Assembly (NCBI RefSeq): GCF_009914755.1
Contig: NC_060934.1
Source: the human T2T-CHM13v2.0 reference genome, Homo sapiens
DNA: 64,000 nt
Strand: one strand, 5' to 3'
Shown here: positions 1 through 16,639 of the stretch, piece by piece
How positions within the stretch are numbered: the stretch's first letter is position 1
How the letters are laid out: the number at the start of each line of letters is the position of its first letter
Translations under genes and position numbers: made by a program
The notes under the pieces: generated by a model
Told to the model about the DNA's origin: nothing
Databases searched by the model: none
Seen by the model: the letters and a program-made list of their open reading frames with translations, nothing else

Positions 1-155
1 GGACAGTCCCTGTGTGGGTCCTGGATAGCCCTTGTAATAATATTCCACATTGTAAAAAACAGAGATGATAACAGCAGAGTATCCTGCTCTCCCTTTAATA
101 AAATTCCCCCGTGTTGCTATGGGTAGTGATTTAAGTAGGTTAATTGAACACATAA

Positions 156-445
<290 letters not shown>

Positions 446-1121
446 AATGGGACACATTTTAAAGAAAAATTGCCACGGAAGCGGGGGCATTCTCTTAGAT
501 TATTGAAGCAGAGGAAGGGGGGTGGTGGCACAATCAGTCCTAAAGAACGAGCACTGTTTCAGGGGAGACAAAGAGAGTTGGATCAAAATCTGAAAGATGT
601 TTCTCACTGTTAGAAAGTTAAAATCAAAATACAGAAAATGAAGTGGATAGCATTTACTTTAGTATCTATGGAGAGATGCTTCCCTACTGAAACATAGGCT
701 CTTACTTTGGGTTGAGCTGTAGTGAGACACCAAGGCCTGCAGAGATTATCCATGCAGACACCCCTTTGTCCCTCGGGAGGTTGAGGTTGGGGGGTGACTG
801 AGGAGGAAGGGCAGGATCCAGCATCCGAGAGCTCCCTGCTTTTGGGGTCACCAGTTGTGTGCGTTAGTAATGGGCCCTACCAGTCTCCTGCTGGGGGGCC
901 TCTGAGTCAGAAGAAGCAGAGAGGAGAGGAGAGTCCAGACCCTCACAGGTGCTTGTGTTTCATCAGCGTCAGATGAGCCAAAAGAGGTGCTCACTGATGA
1001 ACCGTCCTGAATTTTATGAGCGCGTCTTACCTGTAATTTCACTGATGATCAGTGCCCTCAGGTAAAGAAAGTTCAGGGAAGAAACATTATTTAAAAAAAA
1101 AAAAAGAAAGAAAGAAACTTG

Positions 1122-1568
<447 letters not shown>

Positions 1569-2051
1569 TCATTTAGCGGGAGCAGGGGAGAGAGGCAGCG
1601 GAGACAGGACCAGAGGGTGATGACAGCCGTGTGGACTCAGTAATAAATGTTTACCTGGAAGCTGCAGATTCTAAAATCAATACTTTATAAATATGTACAA
1701 TTATGCCAGTTTTTCACACATGTATGCAAGGTGAGCAAAGGTACTAAAGAATGAGGTGTTCCAAATTATGTCCTGTCCAAAGATGAAAGAAGGAAAGAAA
1801 GGAAGAAAGGAAAGGAGGGAGGGTGAGAAGGAAGGGAGGGAGGAGGAGCTTATGACTAATGTTATTGACTGTATGCTTTTCTAGTTATTCTTAATGTTTG
1901 TAATGATTTTACCTCTGGCCATCACATCAACTTTGCAAAAAAGGTACACAAAAAATACTTCAGGGTATTCATTTGAAGTGTTTTGTAGTAGTCATTCATT
2001 CGGCATATTTTAATTTTTTAAAAATAATATTTAATTCAATAATTTAATTAA

Positions 2052-2345
2052 TTTTTTAAGAGACAAGTTCTCACTCTGTCACCCAGGCTGGAGCACAGTG
2101 TCATAATCATAGCTCATTGCAGCTTCAAACTCCTAGGCTTAATGGTTCCTGCCACCTCAGCCTCCTGAGTAGCTGGGACTATAGGCATGCACCACTGTGC
2201 CTGGCTATTTTTTCTTTCTTTCTTTCTTTCTTTTTTTTTTTTTGCAGAAATGGGATCTTGCTATGTTGCCCAGGCTGGTTTCGAACTCCTGGGCTCAAAC
2301 AATCCTCCTGCCTCAGCCCCCACAAAGTGCTGGGATTACCAAGGT
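2052..2345 (-). mobile_element. Alu (AluJ-type)
   Basis: diverged reverse Alu. Confidence 0.9.
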
Positions 2346-4588
2346 GTGTAATATACTTTTGTTTCTGGTCGAATAGGCAGTGGGTCCGGGTGCTCTGCCC
2401 TGAGGACACGACCAGTCAACTGAGGCCCAGACGAAGAGTGAGACGAAGCCACACGATGGCAGGAGGCTGGAGAGGAGAGAGCTCAGGGGGAGGAAACAGC
2501 ATGTCGAGTGAACCACGTTAAGAAGCATCAGAGACTTTCCTCTTAGAGCTTTGGTTTTCTTTGGTTTCTGACCTGCCATCAAAAGGCTGCACTTCACATG
2601 GGTGCTGGCACTATTTGTAATGTGTTTCGAGAAAATAAGTGCCTGTGAAGCCAGGGAGTGTCCGGTGATGACTCGTAAAGCTCACTCTGTAAATTCAGCG
2701 GAGTATTTAACTCAGGGACACTTTCTTGCTTTTCATTAGTGGCTCCATTGAGCTTTCTGAGAAACAGAAAGAAAGAGGAAAACAAAGACATACAGAGGTT
2801 TATTTTTGAAAATAAGAGATAGCATTTGTACCCCAAGGTCAGTGGCCCAACAAGCTGAATATTTCAAGGATTACATTATTTAATTCTAATGTAGATGTTT
2901 TTTCCTGAAAAGATGTTAGTTTCCCAAAGTACAGAGCTTAGTCAAGATATTTAAATTAGCAATTAAATAATCAGTTAAAATAACATGCCATTCCTTAAGT
3001 CGAGTACATTTCTGCCACTATTTAATTTTTTTAGGTTTCTACACTGAAAGGAGTAGTTACTGCCTTACAATTCAGTGTCTAGAAGTCGGTGTTAATTCTA
3101 AGTTTCTGACTAGGCAGGTGTCCTAGGCTCTTCCAGCCAATCTAGAGAGTGGCTTATGAAGCCTAATTATTCTCAAGACTTTTCATTAAATAATGTGAAC
3201 ACACTTACCTATGGAATGTAAGCTTTGCTACATTGTATATGGAAAGACGAAGATTTCAGATGGGCTTGGTTCTAGGAGGGCGGGATGGTGGCCGTGCTTT
3301 AGACTGTGTGGAAGTTCTTTCTGTGTAGTTTATACAGGGGGTAGAGGTTATTCAACTGTCCCACTTACACAGTATGCACAGCGGCTTCCTCGGTCTCTTC
3401 CTTGGCCTCTATGGAAATGCACCCGTACAGCGGGAAGGTCAGCTTCACAGTGAGTCTTTTTCAAGCCCATCTTTTCCCCCTCTGGAGGTCACACTGACCT
3501 TGAGGAACTGCAGTTCCCTGTTTCCACAGGTTTCTTTTCTTCCTTCGAGGCAGCAGCACCCTCTGCCCTGCTTGCTCCAGCCACATCAAAGACCATGGAG
3601 GTGGGTACACAGCAGTCTTGGGGTGACTGTGCCTAGTATGAAACTAGGAGATGGATTTGAATCTCATCTCCTCTTCTTGTCAAATGTGAGTCTTTGGGCA
3701 AATCATGTAACAATTTCCAGATCTGTAAACTGAGGATGGTACTAGTTCCAGTGTTGTGCTGCGGCCAGACATGTGCGCCTCTCTCCCGACTTTGAGTTCA
3801 GTGAGTCCTGTGGGAGCCTGAGATCCACCATGGTGGGTGGGAGTGTTGACACCACCAGTCAATATTACAAAGCAGGTGCTTTTTGCAGGGCCAGGTGGAG
3901 GGCCTGGGTGGGCGGGGCAAGAGGGCAGGGCCATTTGTACCTTTATAACCACACCACGGAGTAGTTCATGCCTCTTAGGGTCTTGGGGAGATAATTAAGG
4001 AGATACATGGGGTGTGCTTAACATGGGGGAAAGGCCACAGTAAGGGCTCACTTCCTTTATTATTCGCCCATTTCATTTCCTCTTTTATTCCAACACGAGT
4101 CTTCATGAGGCTTTCCAAACTTTTGACCATGCTTTGCCGTCTTGGTTGTTTGAAGGCATCTGTTACTTTAACATAATTTTAACACTGGAGGACAGCGTGT
4201 AGATCACCTAGACAAGTTGTTGATTTTCTGAAGAAGAAATTGTAGCACAAAGAGATTGGGTAATGAATCCAGCTTGCACAGCTATTCCTAGGTCGAGAAG
4301 AGGGGGTCAGTCTGAGCTAAAGCATACAACTTCCAGTTCAGCAATGTTTTCACCCCCACACACCACACCACCGGCCAATCCTGCTGTAATTACTTAGTTG
4401 CACAAAAAGTCACAATATTTACTGAAATATAAGTAAATGAAAAAAGCTACCAATTTACTCCCCAATATAAAATGTTTTACTTGCAATCTACAATGGCATA
4501 ATTTTTATGTTCTGCATTTTTCTACTTAATTTCATATCTTGATTTAAATGGACTTAACTTTATTAATGGAGTAATGTTTCACTTTCAG

Positions 4589-4673
4589 AAGGAGTTCTCA
4601 CTCGAAGATAAAGAACAGCTCGCTAACCACGAAAGAGGAATCGATGCTCAGCTTTTAGTTGCACTTCCTAAAG
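4589..4673 (+). pseudogene. SVIL 5' leader exon copy (reads KEFSLEDKEQLANHERGIDAQLLVALPK)
   Basis: tttcag|AAGGAG...CCTAAAG|gtaagg; matches my recollection of the SVIL mRNA leader just upstream of the start-codon exon. Confidence 0.75.
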
Positions 4674-5791
4674 GTAAGGCTGTTCCTAAGTGACCAACCA
4701 TGTCTGGGTAGATGCGTATTGTGTTGTCCGAATTTCCTTGAGCAGAACTCTCTCCCTAACCTCCAGCTTACAGTCTCCTTTCGGCCCTTCCTGCCTCCTC
4801 CCAGAATTAGCTTCAATTCCCTTCCCCCTCTCTCCATGCATCCATGCATTTTTAATCCTTACCTTTCTGCTCCTTCTTGCCCTTTAATTTTAGGCATCCT
4901 CAGGTTTTCGCCAGAGGCTGGGTGTGGCAAGTGAGACAGGGAACATAAAATCGACCTTCCCTCATCTCTTTTCTCTGTTTAACCTTCTCCAAGGGCAGTG
5001 AGTTCTGACCATACCCCCATCTCTTCTCTGTCCACCCACTCCTGCTGCCTCTGGAGGCTGCCCCAGGTCTCCTGATGCTTCCCAGTATTAGGGCTTTTAC
5101 ATTTAACATCTTGTAGCTTCCTGCTGGGCTAAGAACAGCCCACGCAGACTTTATCGTGACCATCTTTCTTCTTCCCCAAGCGGGCACTCACACGTGTTTG
5201 GTGAATTACTATTTCCACTGGTCAAGGCGCACATGCGGTAAAATGTCTGCACCAACTGTATACCAATTCCCCCTAGTTTTGCCTGTGAAATGATGTAAAC
5301 ATTGCTTGGTCTTTGTAACTGTAACACTAGCACAAGGAATGATCATTAGTCTCAGCTCACAAAATGTCTTCATCCTGACTGAGCTGTGGAAACCTTCCAG
5401 TGGAAGAAACAGATTTGATGGAAGGGCAGATTTTTTTCTACTCTGAAAGAAAAAGCAAAAATCATGCCCCAGAGAAATTAGAACAAAAAACATATTCTTT
5501 TAATAGAAAGTAAATCCAGTTAAAAAGTCCCGCTGACGAATTGGAATATATCCTGAGGAACTGAACGGGTGATAGGCCGAGACACAGTCTGATGAGGGTG
5601 AATGTCTGAAAGACTCAGGGGATTTGGCTTGGTGAAGGAAACCCAGACAGATACATGTGGCAATTTTCAAGAACTGACAACACTGTCAGCCGGAATACAG
5701 GTTTATTCTATGTTGCTCCAGAGGCCAAAAGTAAGAATAACGTGTAGAATTACAAGGAGGCAGATGAGATTTCATATCAAAAAGAAAATTG

Positions 5792-6384
5792 GGCCGGGCG
5801 CGGTGGCTCACGCCTGTAATCCCAGCACTTTGGGAGGCCGAGGCGGGTGTATTACGAGGTTAGGAGATCGAGACCATCCTGGCTAACTCGGTGAAATCCC
5901 ATCTCTACTAAAAATACAAAAAATTAGTCGGGCATGGTGGCGGGCACCTGTAATCCCAGCTACGGGAGGCTGAGACAGGAGAATGGCATGAACCTGGTAG
6001 GTGGAGCTTGCGGTGAGCCGAGATCGTGCCACTGCACTCCAGCCTGGGCGACAGAGCGAGACTCCGTCTCAAAAAAAAAAAAAATGAAAATTAGGCCAGG
6101 TGCGGTGGCTTACGCCTGTAATCCCAGCACTTTGGGAGGCCGAGGCGGGTGGATCACGAGGTCCAGAGTTCAAAAACAGCCTGGCCAAGACGGTGAAACC
6201 AGGTCTCTACTAAAAATACAAAAATTAGCTGGGCATGGTGGCAGGCACCTGTAATCCCAGCTACTTGGGAGGCTGAGGCAGCGAATTGCGTGAACCTGGG
6301 AGTCAGAGGTTGCAGTGAGCTAAGATTGTGCCATTGCACTCCAGCCTGGGTGACAGAGTGAGATTCTATCTTAAAAAAAAAAAA
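5792..6384 (+). mobile_element. Two tandem Alus (about 5792-6084 and 6094-6384)
   Basis: two full Alu consensus copies, each with an A tail. Confidence 0.95.
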
Positions 6385-6501
6385 GGGCAATATCAAAAAA
6401 AAAAAAAGAAAAGAAAATTAATAGTTCACGGTACCTGGAAATGAGGTGGTCCACGCTGTGCTCGCATCGGCTCTCCCCCAGAGTTTTCAAAGGCAAGTCA
6501 G

Positions 6502-6613
6502 TGGCCTCGTGTCCAGGTAGGACAGGTATAGATGGGGCATGGCCTCGTGTCCAGGTAGGACAGGTATAGATGGGGCATGGCCTTGTGTCCAGGTAGGATG
6601 GGTGCAGATGGGG
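6502..6613. repeat. 38-bp tandem repeat, about 3 copies
   Basis: TGGCCTCGTGTCCAGGTAGGACAGGTATAGATGGGGCA starting at 6502, 6540 and 6578 (third copy diverged). Confidence 0.9.
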
Positions 6614-6634
6614 AACGGCTGTGAAGTGGAATGA

Positions 6635-6996
<362 letters not shown>

Positions 6997-8489
6997 AAAC
7001 CACAGATTTTTACAATTTATCTGTGATAGCTTTTTCCTAAATGAGACTTTCATCTCTCCCTTTTGTGAAAATGAAATAATGAAGCTTAAACTATTTAAAA
7101 TAAGAATGTTATTCCTACATTTGGGCTTTACTTTTCTTTCTTGAGAAAGAAATATATAAAATCATAGGACTTTCAAACTTTATTCTACACACCTCTGACT
7201 GCCTCATTTTACTAAAGGAGGGATTCGGCTCCAGTAGCCTCCAGGGCCACGTAGTGAATAGAACTGACCCAGGTGCCACGTCTCCATCTCTCCCCTGGTC
7301 CATGGCGAGACCGTGGTGTGCTCAGATTAGTGTTACAGCAGCCAACCCCGTGTGCTCTAAACAGGAGAATATGGTAAAAGGACAGAAATTCCAGCTAGAC
7401 AGCAAGTTAGAAAAACACACCCTCTTTCTTCATGAATTTTCTCAGTTCACATGCTCTTAACAGGGCTTATTTAAAATTACACATCCACATTCACATTTCA
7501 GAGTCTAAGAAATAGAGCCTGGAATTTACAGATTTCCTTTATCGTTTTTTATAAATGGCTGCGCCCGCTAAGGAGGGCAGGTCTGTCTTCTTCAGCCTTG
7601 TTGCGTCAGTCTCTCCCCTGTCCGGGGCCTGACTATATTGAATGCTCCATGCTCAGTGCTACCCAGCATCACAGACTGCCTTCCACATTTTGCACGATAT
7701 CTCATTTGATGTTGAAGACAGCCTTCAGAAGAAAGCAATATTATCCCCACTTGGAGACAAAAAGTGGAGAAATTAAGAAATTATAGGAAACCCTCCACAC
7801 CCTCCTTTTTTAGAAAATGTTTGCTGCTCAAGAAAATATACCAAAAAGTTATTTTTCTGTTTTCATCTTTTCTGACATTGTGAATGTCAAATTTGAACCA
7901 TAACCAGCATAAAACATAGGATGCAACTGACTTTCCCACTGGATTAGTAAAATCGTTGTTTTATAACTGTCTAATTTATTTGTGTTTAAATTATCCCTGT
8001 TTGGGAACTTCTTTGAGAAAGATTGTGAATTAAATAATTCTTACGTTATTTAGGGATAAAACCTTTACTATTGCTTAAAGAGTACATTAGGCCTTTAGAA
8101 ATCTTATTTCCACAATGTCAGAAACAGTGGCATCTGAGCTTTCTTATTTGGCGAAGAAGAACATTGGAAAAGAATACAAGAGCCATTGTTTCACTTTGGG
8201 AAGTTGGTGGCGTGTTAGGACTTCGTGGAACTCCCTGAACTGTTGAAGAATCCACCTCAAGCCTCTGTGGCGTTCTGCCCTAGAGGGACCAGCTGGAGGC
8301 TCCTGTGTTTCCTGCCTGCCGGCCCCCACCCCAACCATCCACCCTTCCATATCCCACCCAGCCAGAGGCTATCTCCATGTCTCCACAAACGCCAGGTTCT
8401 TACCTTGTAGCTGGGATATTTCAGCCACCTAGAGGGCCCCAGATTTATGTGGGAATAAGAATAGAGTTGCAATTCCCCTTTGCTCTCTT

Positions 8490-8830
<341 letters not shown>

Positions 8831-11269
8831 TGATTTATCTCCCACTTAAAAGACACTTTAGTTTGTTCACGTCTCCAGTTTGTGAACCAGCCAAGACCAA
8901 GATCTAATATAAGTACTTATGTGTGCTGTTCAGCCCTATCTGAGATCTATGGGGTGCCTGTAATTCTCTAAAATGAAGGGAAAATTCTGAAAAAGAGAGA
9001 GAAAACACACCTTATTTAATATTAGGGGCACATGGTTGTCATGTCTCCTGTTTGACCCAGCCCTGACTGCTCTGAGCCTGAAGTCCTTGTTCTCACCAAG
9101 CAGGGCTCTCAGGCCAGCATTCCCTGCTGGAACAGTGTGGGCTATGGAAGAGGAGGCACCGTTTCCCCGGGTGTCCTGGCAGGCACCTGTCACGGTGGCC
9201 CAGGGCCAGGCGTTGGGTGAGCAGGCCAGTGTCATGCCTCTCCCTGGGTTCACACAGCCCAGGCCAACCCGCTGCCCAGGCTCCCAGCATCACAGTCCTG
9301 CAAACAGCACTTCGGCTTGGCAGTTGTTAGAAGCACTGACAGTTGTTTGAATTGCACCGGCAGGAATTTATGTCCTGCGTAGGCCCAGACGTCGGCTCCT
9401 CGACCCTCTCAGAGCCTGGTGGTCTGCGGTGAGCCGGAGGGCTGTGAGCTCACAGGAGGAAGGAACACATTTGGGAAGATCTCCCTCCGTCCTCAGCGTG
9501 GTGGACACCAATGAGGAAATCTAAAGGGACAGGAAGAACACACTCAAGTTTTAGTGCATGTTATTTTCGAGTTATTTATCATGTGCTCCGTAGGCTGGAG
9601 CCAAGGGCTGGCTCCAAGTGCCAGGTGGGCTCCATGGAAGCACAGTTTCTTCCAGATTATTCTGGTTACTCTGTAGTCTTCAGAAGTCCCCAATGGTAAC
9701 CCTGCCAGCACATGTAGAAGCAAAATTTCAGGGTTTTGGAATGGAGGAATTCTTTGGAGGCCATCCCATGGTGGGAAAAACCTTTTAAGAAAGCCAGAAT
9801 CCTATGCCTTTCCTAAAACGGTGTGGCAAAAATGTGTCTGGTCAGCTAATGTTCTACCGCAGTGAAACAAGCTACGCACAGGCAGGCGAGGGCTGCAGTC
9901 ACGTCTCTCTGCCCACTAACATCCAGTGTGACCTCAGTCAATGGAATTCTTGACCCGGATGTACCCACATTCCTTGTCCGTCACAATGGGAATAACAATT
10001 CCCAGTGTCTTAGGGGTCGCCGTGCAGATCAGCAGAGTATAAGATGGACGAGGAGGTGATCTCAGATGCCACAGCTTGTGTTTTTCTAAGTCAGTTTTAG
10101 ATGCCACAAAGCAACCACCAGGGAAACCGTCCGATGACATAGGTGCTGGTGTCCTTGCCCCAGACTTTTGGGAGCTTCTTTTTGAGAAGGTCTTCAAAGA
10201 CCGGAGCTCATGACTTTTAATGAACTCAACTCAGGAAGATGAATTTGATCTTTTAAAAATTCATCATTTAGATCCAATCTGATTAACAAGATGGATGGTC
10301 AAGAGGAGTAGCTGCTGGCCTGGGTCGAAGGTGAAGTGAGAGAAGCTGGTTCTGAGGCCAGTTTGCAGGGAGAATATCAGTGAGATGAGTGTCTGGCCCC
10401 ACAAGATGATGAACTAGAATGACTTCTCATTTGGGTATTAAAGTGCTGGCATGTTTACTTTTTGAAAGTCTCATTTATTGATTTGAGCTTTGAAAGCTCA
10501 AATACAGCATGCAAATACCAATTTCTTTTAATGATTTTATTTTGTGAGATTATTTTATTAGAATAAAACTGACTCATTCAAAATAATAGGAGAAAAGATG
10601 AATCATAGTCATTACATAGTATGAAATGGTGTGGATTAAAACTCTTGAAGGAATTTAGACTTCGTGTCCAAGCCCATGAACTAGCTCTTGTAGCATGCAG
10701 GGTGTTGTTAAACATTCGAGAATTACAGGAGTTAGGACTAAATGAGACCTTGACCCAAAGGGATCTGCATGAGATTGATAAGGCAGCCTTATCCCAGTTC
10801 TAGAGATTGAGCACTTGAGATCTTATCTGCTGCCACTTAGCAGAAAGAGGAAAACAGAAATGAAGGGGGGAGAAGGAAGAGATTGAGGAAGGGGACAGAT
10901 CCAGAGTTTGAAGCTCCTTCCTCCTTTGGGGGTCTCCTTTCTTCACGGCTTTACTTTCCATTATTTGACTGAGTGAATAGACAAGTATAGGTGTAATTGT
11001 GTACACATATGTAGATGTCACTGGATTCTTAAATACAACAAAATTTGTTTTCTTATTAACTTAACAAAACATTTATCATAGGATATATGTCATCCCATCT
11101 CCAAAACAAATATTTAAGGGGAATTGGGAAGCTTGCAAGAAGGGCCCTTAGAGATCATCTGGTCCAGTTCCTGATGTGACAGATACGAGAGGGAGAACCG
11201 AGATACCCAAAGGGAGTTAGTGGACAAATTGGGACCAGAGCTGATGTGCTGCTTAAAAATACACTGTTG

Positions 11270-11580
<311 letters not shown>

Positions 11581-12362
11581 ATACAACATTTATGGATTAT
11601 GCATTAGTGATGTTGAGAAGACCTGGCCCATCAGGTCCAGCACAGAGGGAAAGGGATCTAGTTATTTGGTTTTTTCCCTACTCTTTAAATTGTTTGAACA
11701 GCAGCTCAGATGAGTTTAATGATCATCACCTTTTTTGTTTTACCTTTTATCTTTCCCATGTTTGTTCGTTCAATGCAAATGCCTAAGATTTCTTCATTCA
11801 TGACAATACAGTTAGCTGAAACAGCCTCATGTTTGTGAAAAATAACCATTCAAGATTCCAATATTCAAGCAGATTCCTAGTGATGCCATTGTTGAACTAA
11901 AGTGGGTTAGGTAACAACCTCAGTTAATTAGATACCTTTTTTGTATATGTCTTTCCTGTGAGGAAAGTTGAAGTGATAATTTTTTTAAAACGGGTTGGTA
12001 GAAAATAGTTTCTGTTTAAAGAAGACAGATTAGAAAGACCAAATTCATTTATAGGAAAAGAACAGGGCTTAGAATATCTGAAGAGAAACAGTCATAAACA
12101 TCAAATTTTACCTCTAATTGAAAGGGATGATATTAAGAGACTGTTAGTACCTCATGGCTTTATGTTTTTAAGCCACGTCTGCATTCTCTTCTGCAAGTAG
12201 GAGCTACGATACAGCTTTAGTCCTTTCATGTTATTTCACCAACTGACCAGAAGGCGTCGCTAGAAGGCATTTTTTTTTCCTCTGAGAACGGTTCTCTTGC
12301 TCTCAGCCCAAGGGCAAGGAAAAACATTCCTTGGCTGGGATAATGGTGCATCTTTTATCTAG

Positions 12363-12716
<354 letters not shown>

Positions 12717-15142
12717 TAACATTCCCTGTGTTAGGAAAAGCCTTCAGACTAACATCACTCTTGGAAGTGCATCACTCTTGGAAGTGCTTGGAAGACAAGC
12801 ATGTGCCACCTAATTCCTACTCTGTGAAGCATTTGTGCATTTTTGCCCTTAGGGTAAACACTGAGAACCTGTCACAGAGCAGCTAAAATTGGGCAGAAGG
12901 CTGTGCCTGGAGATGTTTCAGAATTGGGATCAGCAACACACACACACTGTGTCAGCAAGCAAGTGCCTGAATTTTAAAGTGTGGACTTCTTCTTCAGTTT
13001 AAAAACCTTCTAAATGAAGTCTGGCTTTAGTGTGTTATTAAAGCCTTTATAATGAAAAAAATTGAATTCACCACTAATATCTTTAAGTTCCATGTAAAAT
13101 ACGGACTTGTGTTTCCTATGCAGAGATTTTAAACCTAAGTATAAAAAATAAGCACATAATTGTGATTTACGAGTATTTAGTTCATCATTTAAGCGTGTTT
13201 CATGAGTAGCTATGCCTTTTATTGAGAATGTACAGTAATGTATGTTATAAGTTGAAACAAAATTAGGTAATGCATGGTGATCAATACTACCAAGCATTTA
13301 TATGCGAAAATATTGATGAATTGTTAAATCACAGATGTGATGATGACCAGCTTTTGACCAGATAGTGCACACTTTCAAAACCGATGGTGACTTACTTGCT
13401 GACTGGCCCTACAATTGCAAATGCACCTTCTGGCTGGAGGCGAAATGATGCACCGGTGATGCACTCCCTGGTCACTTTCTAGGATCAGAAGTCTTCAAGT
13501 AGAAAAGAAAAAGAATGCTTTCAACCAGATGATCCCCAGGCCCCTTCTAGCTCTACAATAAGTTAAGCATCTGTGAAAGGGAGAGATGATGAGTGTGACT
13601 TTCATGCATTAAGAAACGTACATAAAAATGAGATGTGCACATAGAAGTGTGAGTCAGGAGTTCTGACACTATTTCCTCTGATACTTCTGTGTCTTCTTAG
13701 ATTACACTGGAATGGCAATTTGAATTCTCTTCTTTGAGACATACATGGTGTTAAAGATAACATAACTAAAGACATTTAACCCTCAGCCATTTGTAAAGTT
13801 CTCAAATATAACTAGATATTTAGAAAGTATACCCATGCGCATATTTTTCACACACCGTGTGAAATTCAGATTTCAAAAATGAGATCCTGAAGTGAAAGAA
13901 AATCCATCTGTCAAATAATGTATCCCTGCTACCCACAAACTTTATTTAAAAGAATCTTGAAATCATTGCTTCAAAAACGACTTTAACACATTCCTCATTA
14001 GCAAACCTGCCAACTACTATGTCCTGGCACCAAGCAGCGCCTGGCCCCTTCTCCATCACTTTGGAAGGTGCAGAGACTCCCCGGCCCATCAGGAACTGGG
14101 AGTCCCAGAGAGCCAGTGGAAATTTAAATGAAGCCAAAAAGCACGAAGCAAAAGAGGTTCCTGGTGAATAGTGAAATGGGTGCACTGCCCCCTTAGAAGA
14201 ATGGAGGATCACCTTAGGTGTGGAAGCCAGAAGGCTTTGAGTGGAGGATGAGATCCGAACCACCTGAACGCTGGCTAAGGTTTTTAGAAGGCAAGAGAGG
14301 CCAGTTGACTGCAGTTGCCCTTGGGGTTGATAATCCAGTGACCTGAAGCCCCGGGACTTGCAAGCAGGCTAGGGCTGGAATGGGAAATGCTGCCTCTGGG
14401 CGCGTGGAGGCTGCTGTTTCTGCAGACGGTGAACTCTCCCACTCTTCTCAGTGGCCTGCTTCCCTTTGGCTGGAGACAATAAGCTCTTTGAAGCTAAAAT
14501 AAGCGGATCTATTTTAGGCCTTTGTAGCCCACACTGGGCAATCTCAGGTTCTGTTGAGGTCAGGTGTTTCTCAGACGGCCTCTGACGACCCCTCGGTTCG
14601 TTCCTTCCCGAGGGCTGGCACTGTTTTCAGTCACCTGCCGGCTGTGCTCAGATGTGGTGGGTGAGGCGCCTTAAACCTGGTCTGTCTTGAGGGATTCCCC
14701 CAGTAGCTGAGGAGGCTTGACATGCCCACTGCTTGCGGGGTGTCTGAATGCTGCCTTGGAGAAGGACAGACAGTCATGACACGTGGGGCCTGAACAGGGG
14801 CGCTTGCTGCACGGAGTAGCTCTAGCCTTGCTGACGGAGAGGTACCCAGGAGAGCAGGTGCCGGAACCTTCCATCTTTAGCACCAAAGGCAGAAAGGAGC
14901 CGGCGTTATGGTCAGCTCATCACGCCCTTCACGGTTCCTACGTTCCTTTTGTGTGCTGAGAGGCTGCTGCCGTGAGTGTGCAGTCTGTGGAAATGTGGAA
15001 GGGGCAGGAAAGAGAGGGGACTCTAGAAGTTCCTTCCATTGCTCCTGTGAAAACACGTGCAACATGGAAGTCAGCACCGTCCTGTAAAAATAGAATGTGT
15101 GCCACACAGGTCATTTTGAAATTTTCTTGGAGTCACATTTAA

Positions 15143-15559
<417 letters not shown>

Positions 15560-15593
15560 CATTTTGGGTCTTTTATATTAAGATTTATATTGG

Positions 15594-15900
15594 GGCTGGG
15601 TGTAGTGGCTCATGCCTGTAATCCCAGTACTGTGGGGAGCCAAGGTGGGAGGACTGCTTGAGCCCAGGAGTTTGAGACTAGCTTGGTCAACATGGTGAAA
15701 CCCGGTCTGTACCAAAAAATACAAAAATTTGCCAGGTGTGGTGGTGCATGCCTATAATCCCAGCTACTCGGGAGGCTGAAGTGGGAGGATTGCTTGAGGT
15801 CGAGGCTGCAGTGAGCCATGATCACATCAGTGTACTCCAGCCTGGGCAACAAAGCAAGAAGGAAAGAAAGAAAGAAAGGGGAAGGGAGGGAAGGGAAGGG
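15594..15900 (+). mobile_element. Alu (AluJ-type) with purine-rich tail
   Basis: Alu consensus. Confidence 0.9.
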
Positions 15901-16591
15901 AAGGCCAGAGTAACTCATTTTAACAGAGAGAGAAAAATGAAATGAAGCAAAGTCTCAAAGAAGTGGTTTGGCAGGATTCTCTGTTACAACTAACTTTCGG
16001 TTTTGTATTTATTTTCACCAAATAGTTATTTTCAATTCCAACCCCATTTCGGCTTAGTTGGCATTAAGACATACACGGTGACCCCGCAACTTTTGTGAAG
16101 ATAGTTTTCCAGCGAATCAGACCTTTTCGAAGAAGAAAAAACTCTTCATAGACTTGGCCATTAAAACCCTGTGTCTGTTTCTGAGTTCCAGAGGGAACTG
16201 GATATCCCACTGTGCTTCAGCAGCTGTGAGGTCAGTGTCCATGACAGCCCCAGAACAAGTCCCTGAAATTTTAAGAAAGGTGAATCTGCACATTTATATT
16301 CTCAGTGTCTGCTGCCATTGAAATTCCAGATCATAATTCAGGAGAATGAAGTCACTTTAAAGTGCGAGGATGGGAGGGAGAGAAGGGCTGAGGGAATGCT
16401 CTCTAAACTCCAGATGATCATTCTGCGGTCAGGGAATGAGTTGGCCTGAGGTTCACATCACCCTATTGTGTGAGCACGTGCATGCTGCTGTTTGAACCCA
16501 GGCACAAAATACTTGAAGGTGATTGCGATGCCCTGACCAGGCTCTTCTCTTCCAGTACTCTGCCATGTTCCCTGTTTGTTTTAACCTGCAG

Positions 16592-16639
16592 GAAGAAGGA
16601 GGAGTTGCGGATGATAGTGCCATTTCTAATCTGCTTTGG
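16592..16639 (+). pseudogene. 48-nt symmetric cassette exon EEGGVADDSAISNLLW (SVIL alternative exon)
   Basis: ttaacctgcag|GAAGAA...TGG|gtaagc; phase 0-0, open frame. Confidence 0.75.

Noticed and set aside
13946-14263. Stop-poor stretch on both strands as an extra exon
   Set aside because: No recognisable homology or convincing splice-site pair; length is compatible with chance.
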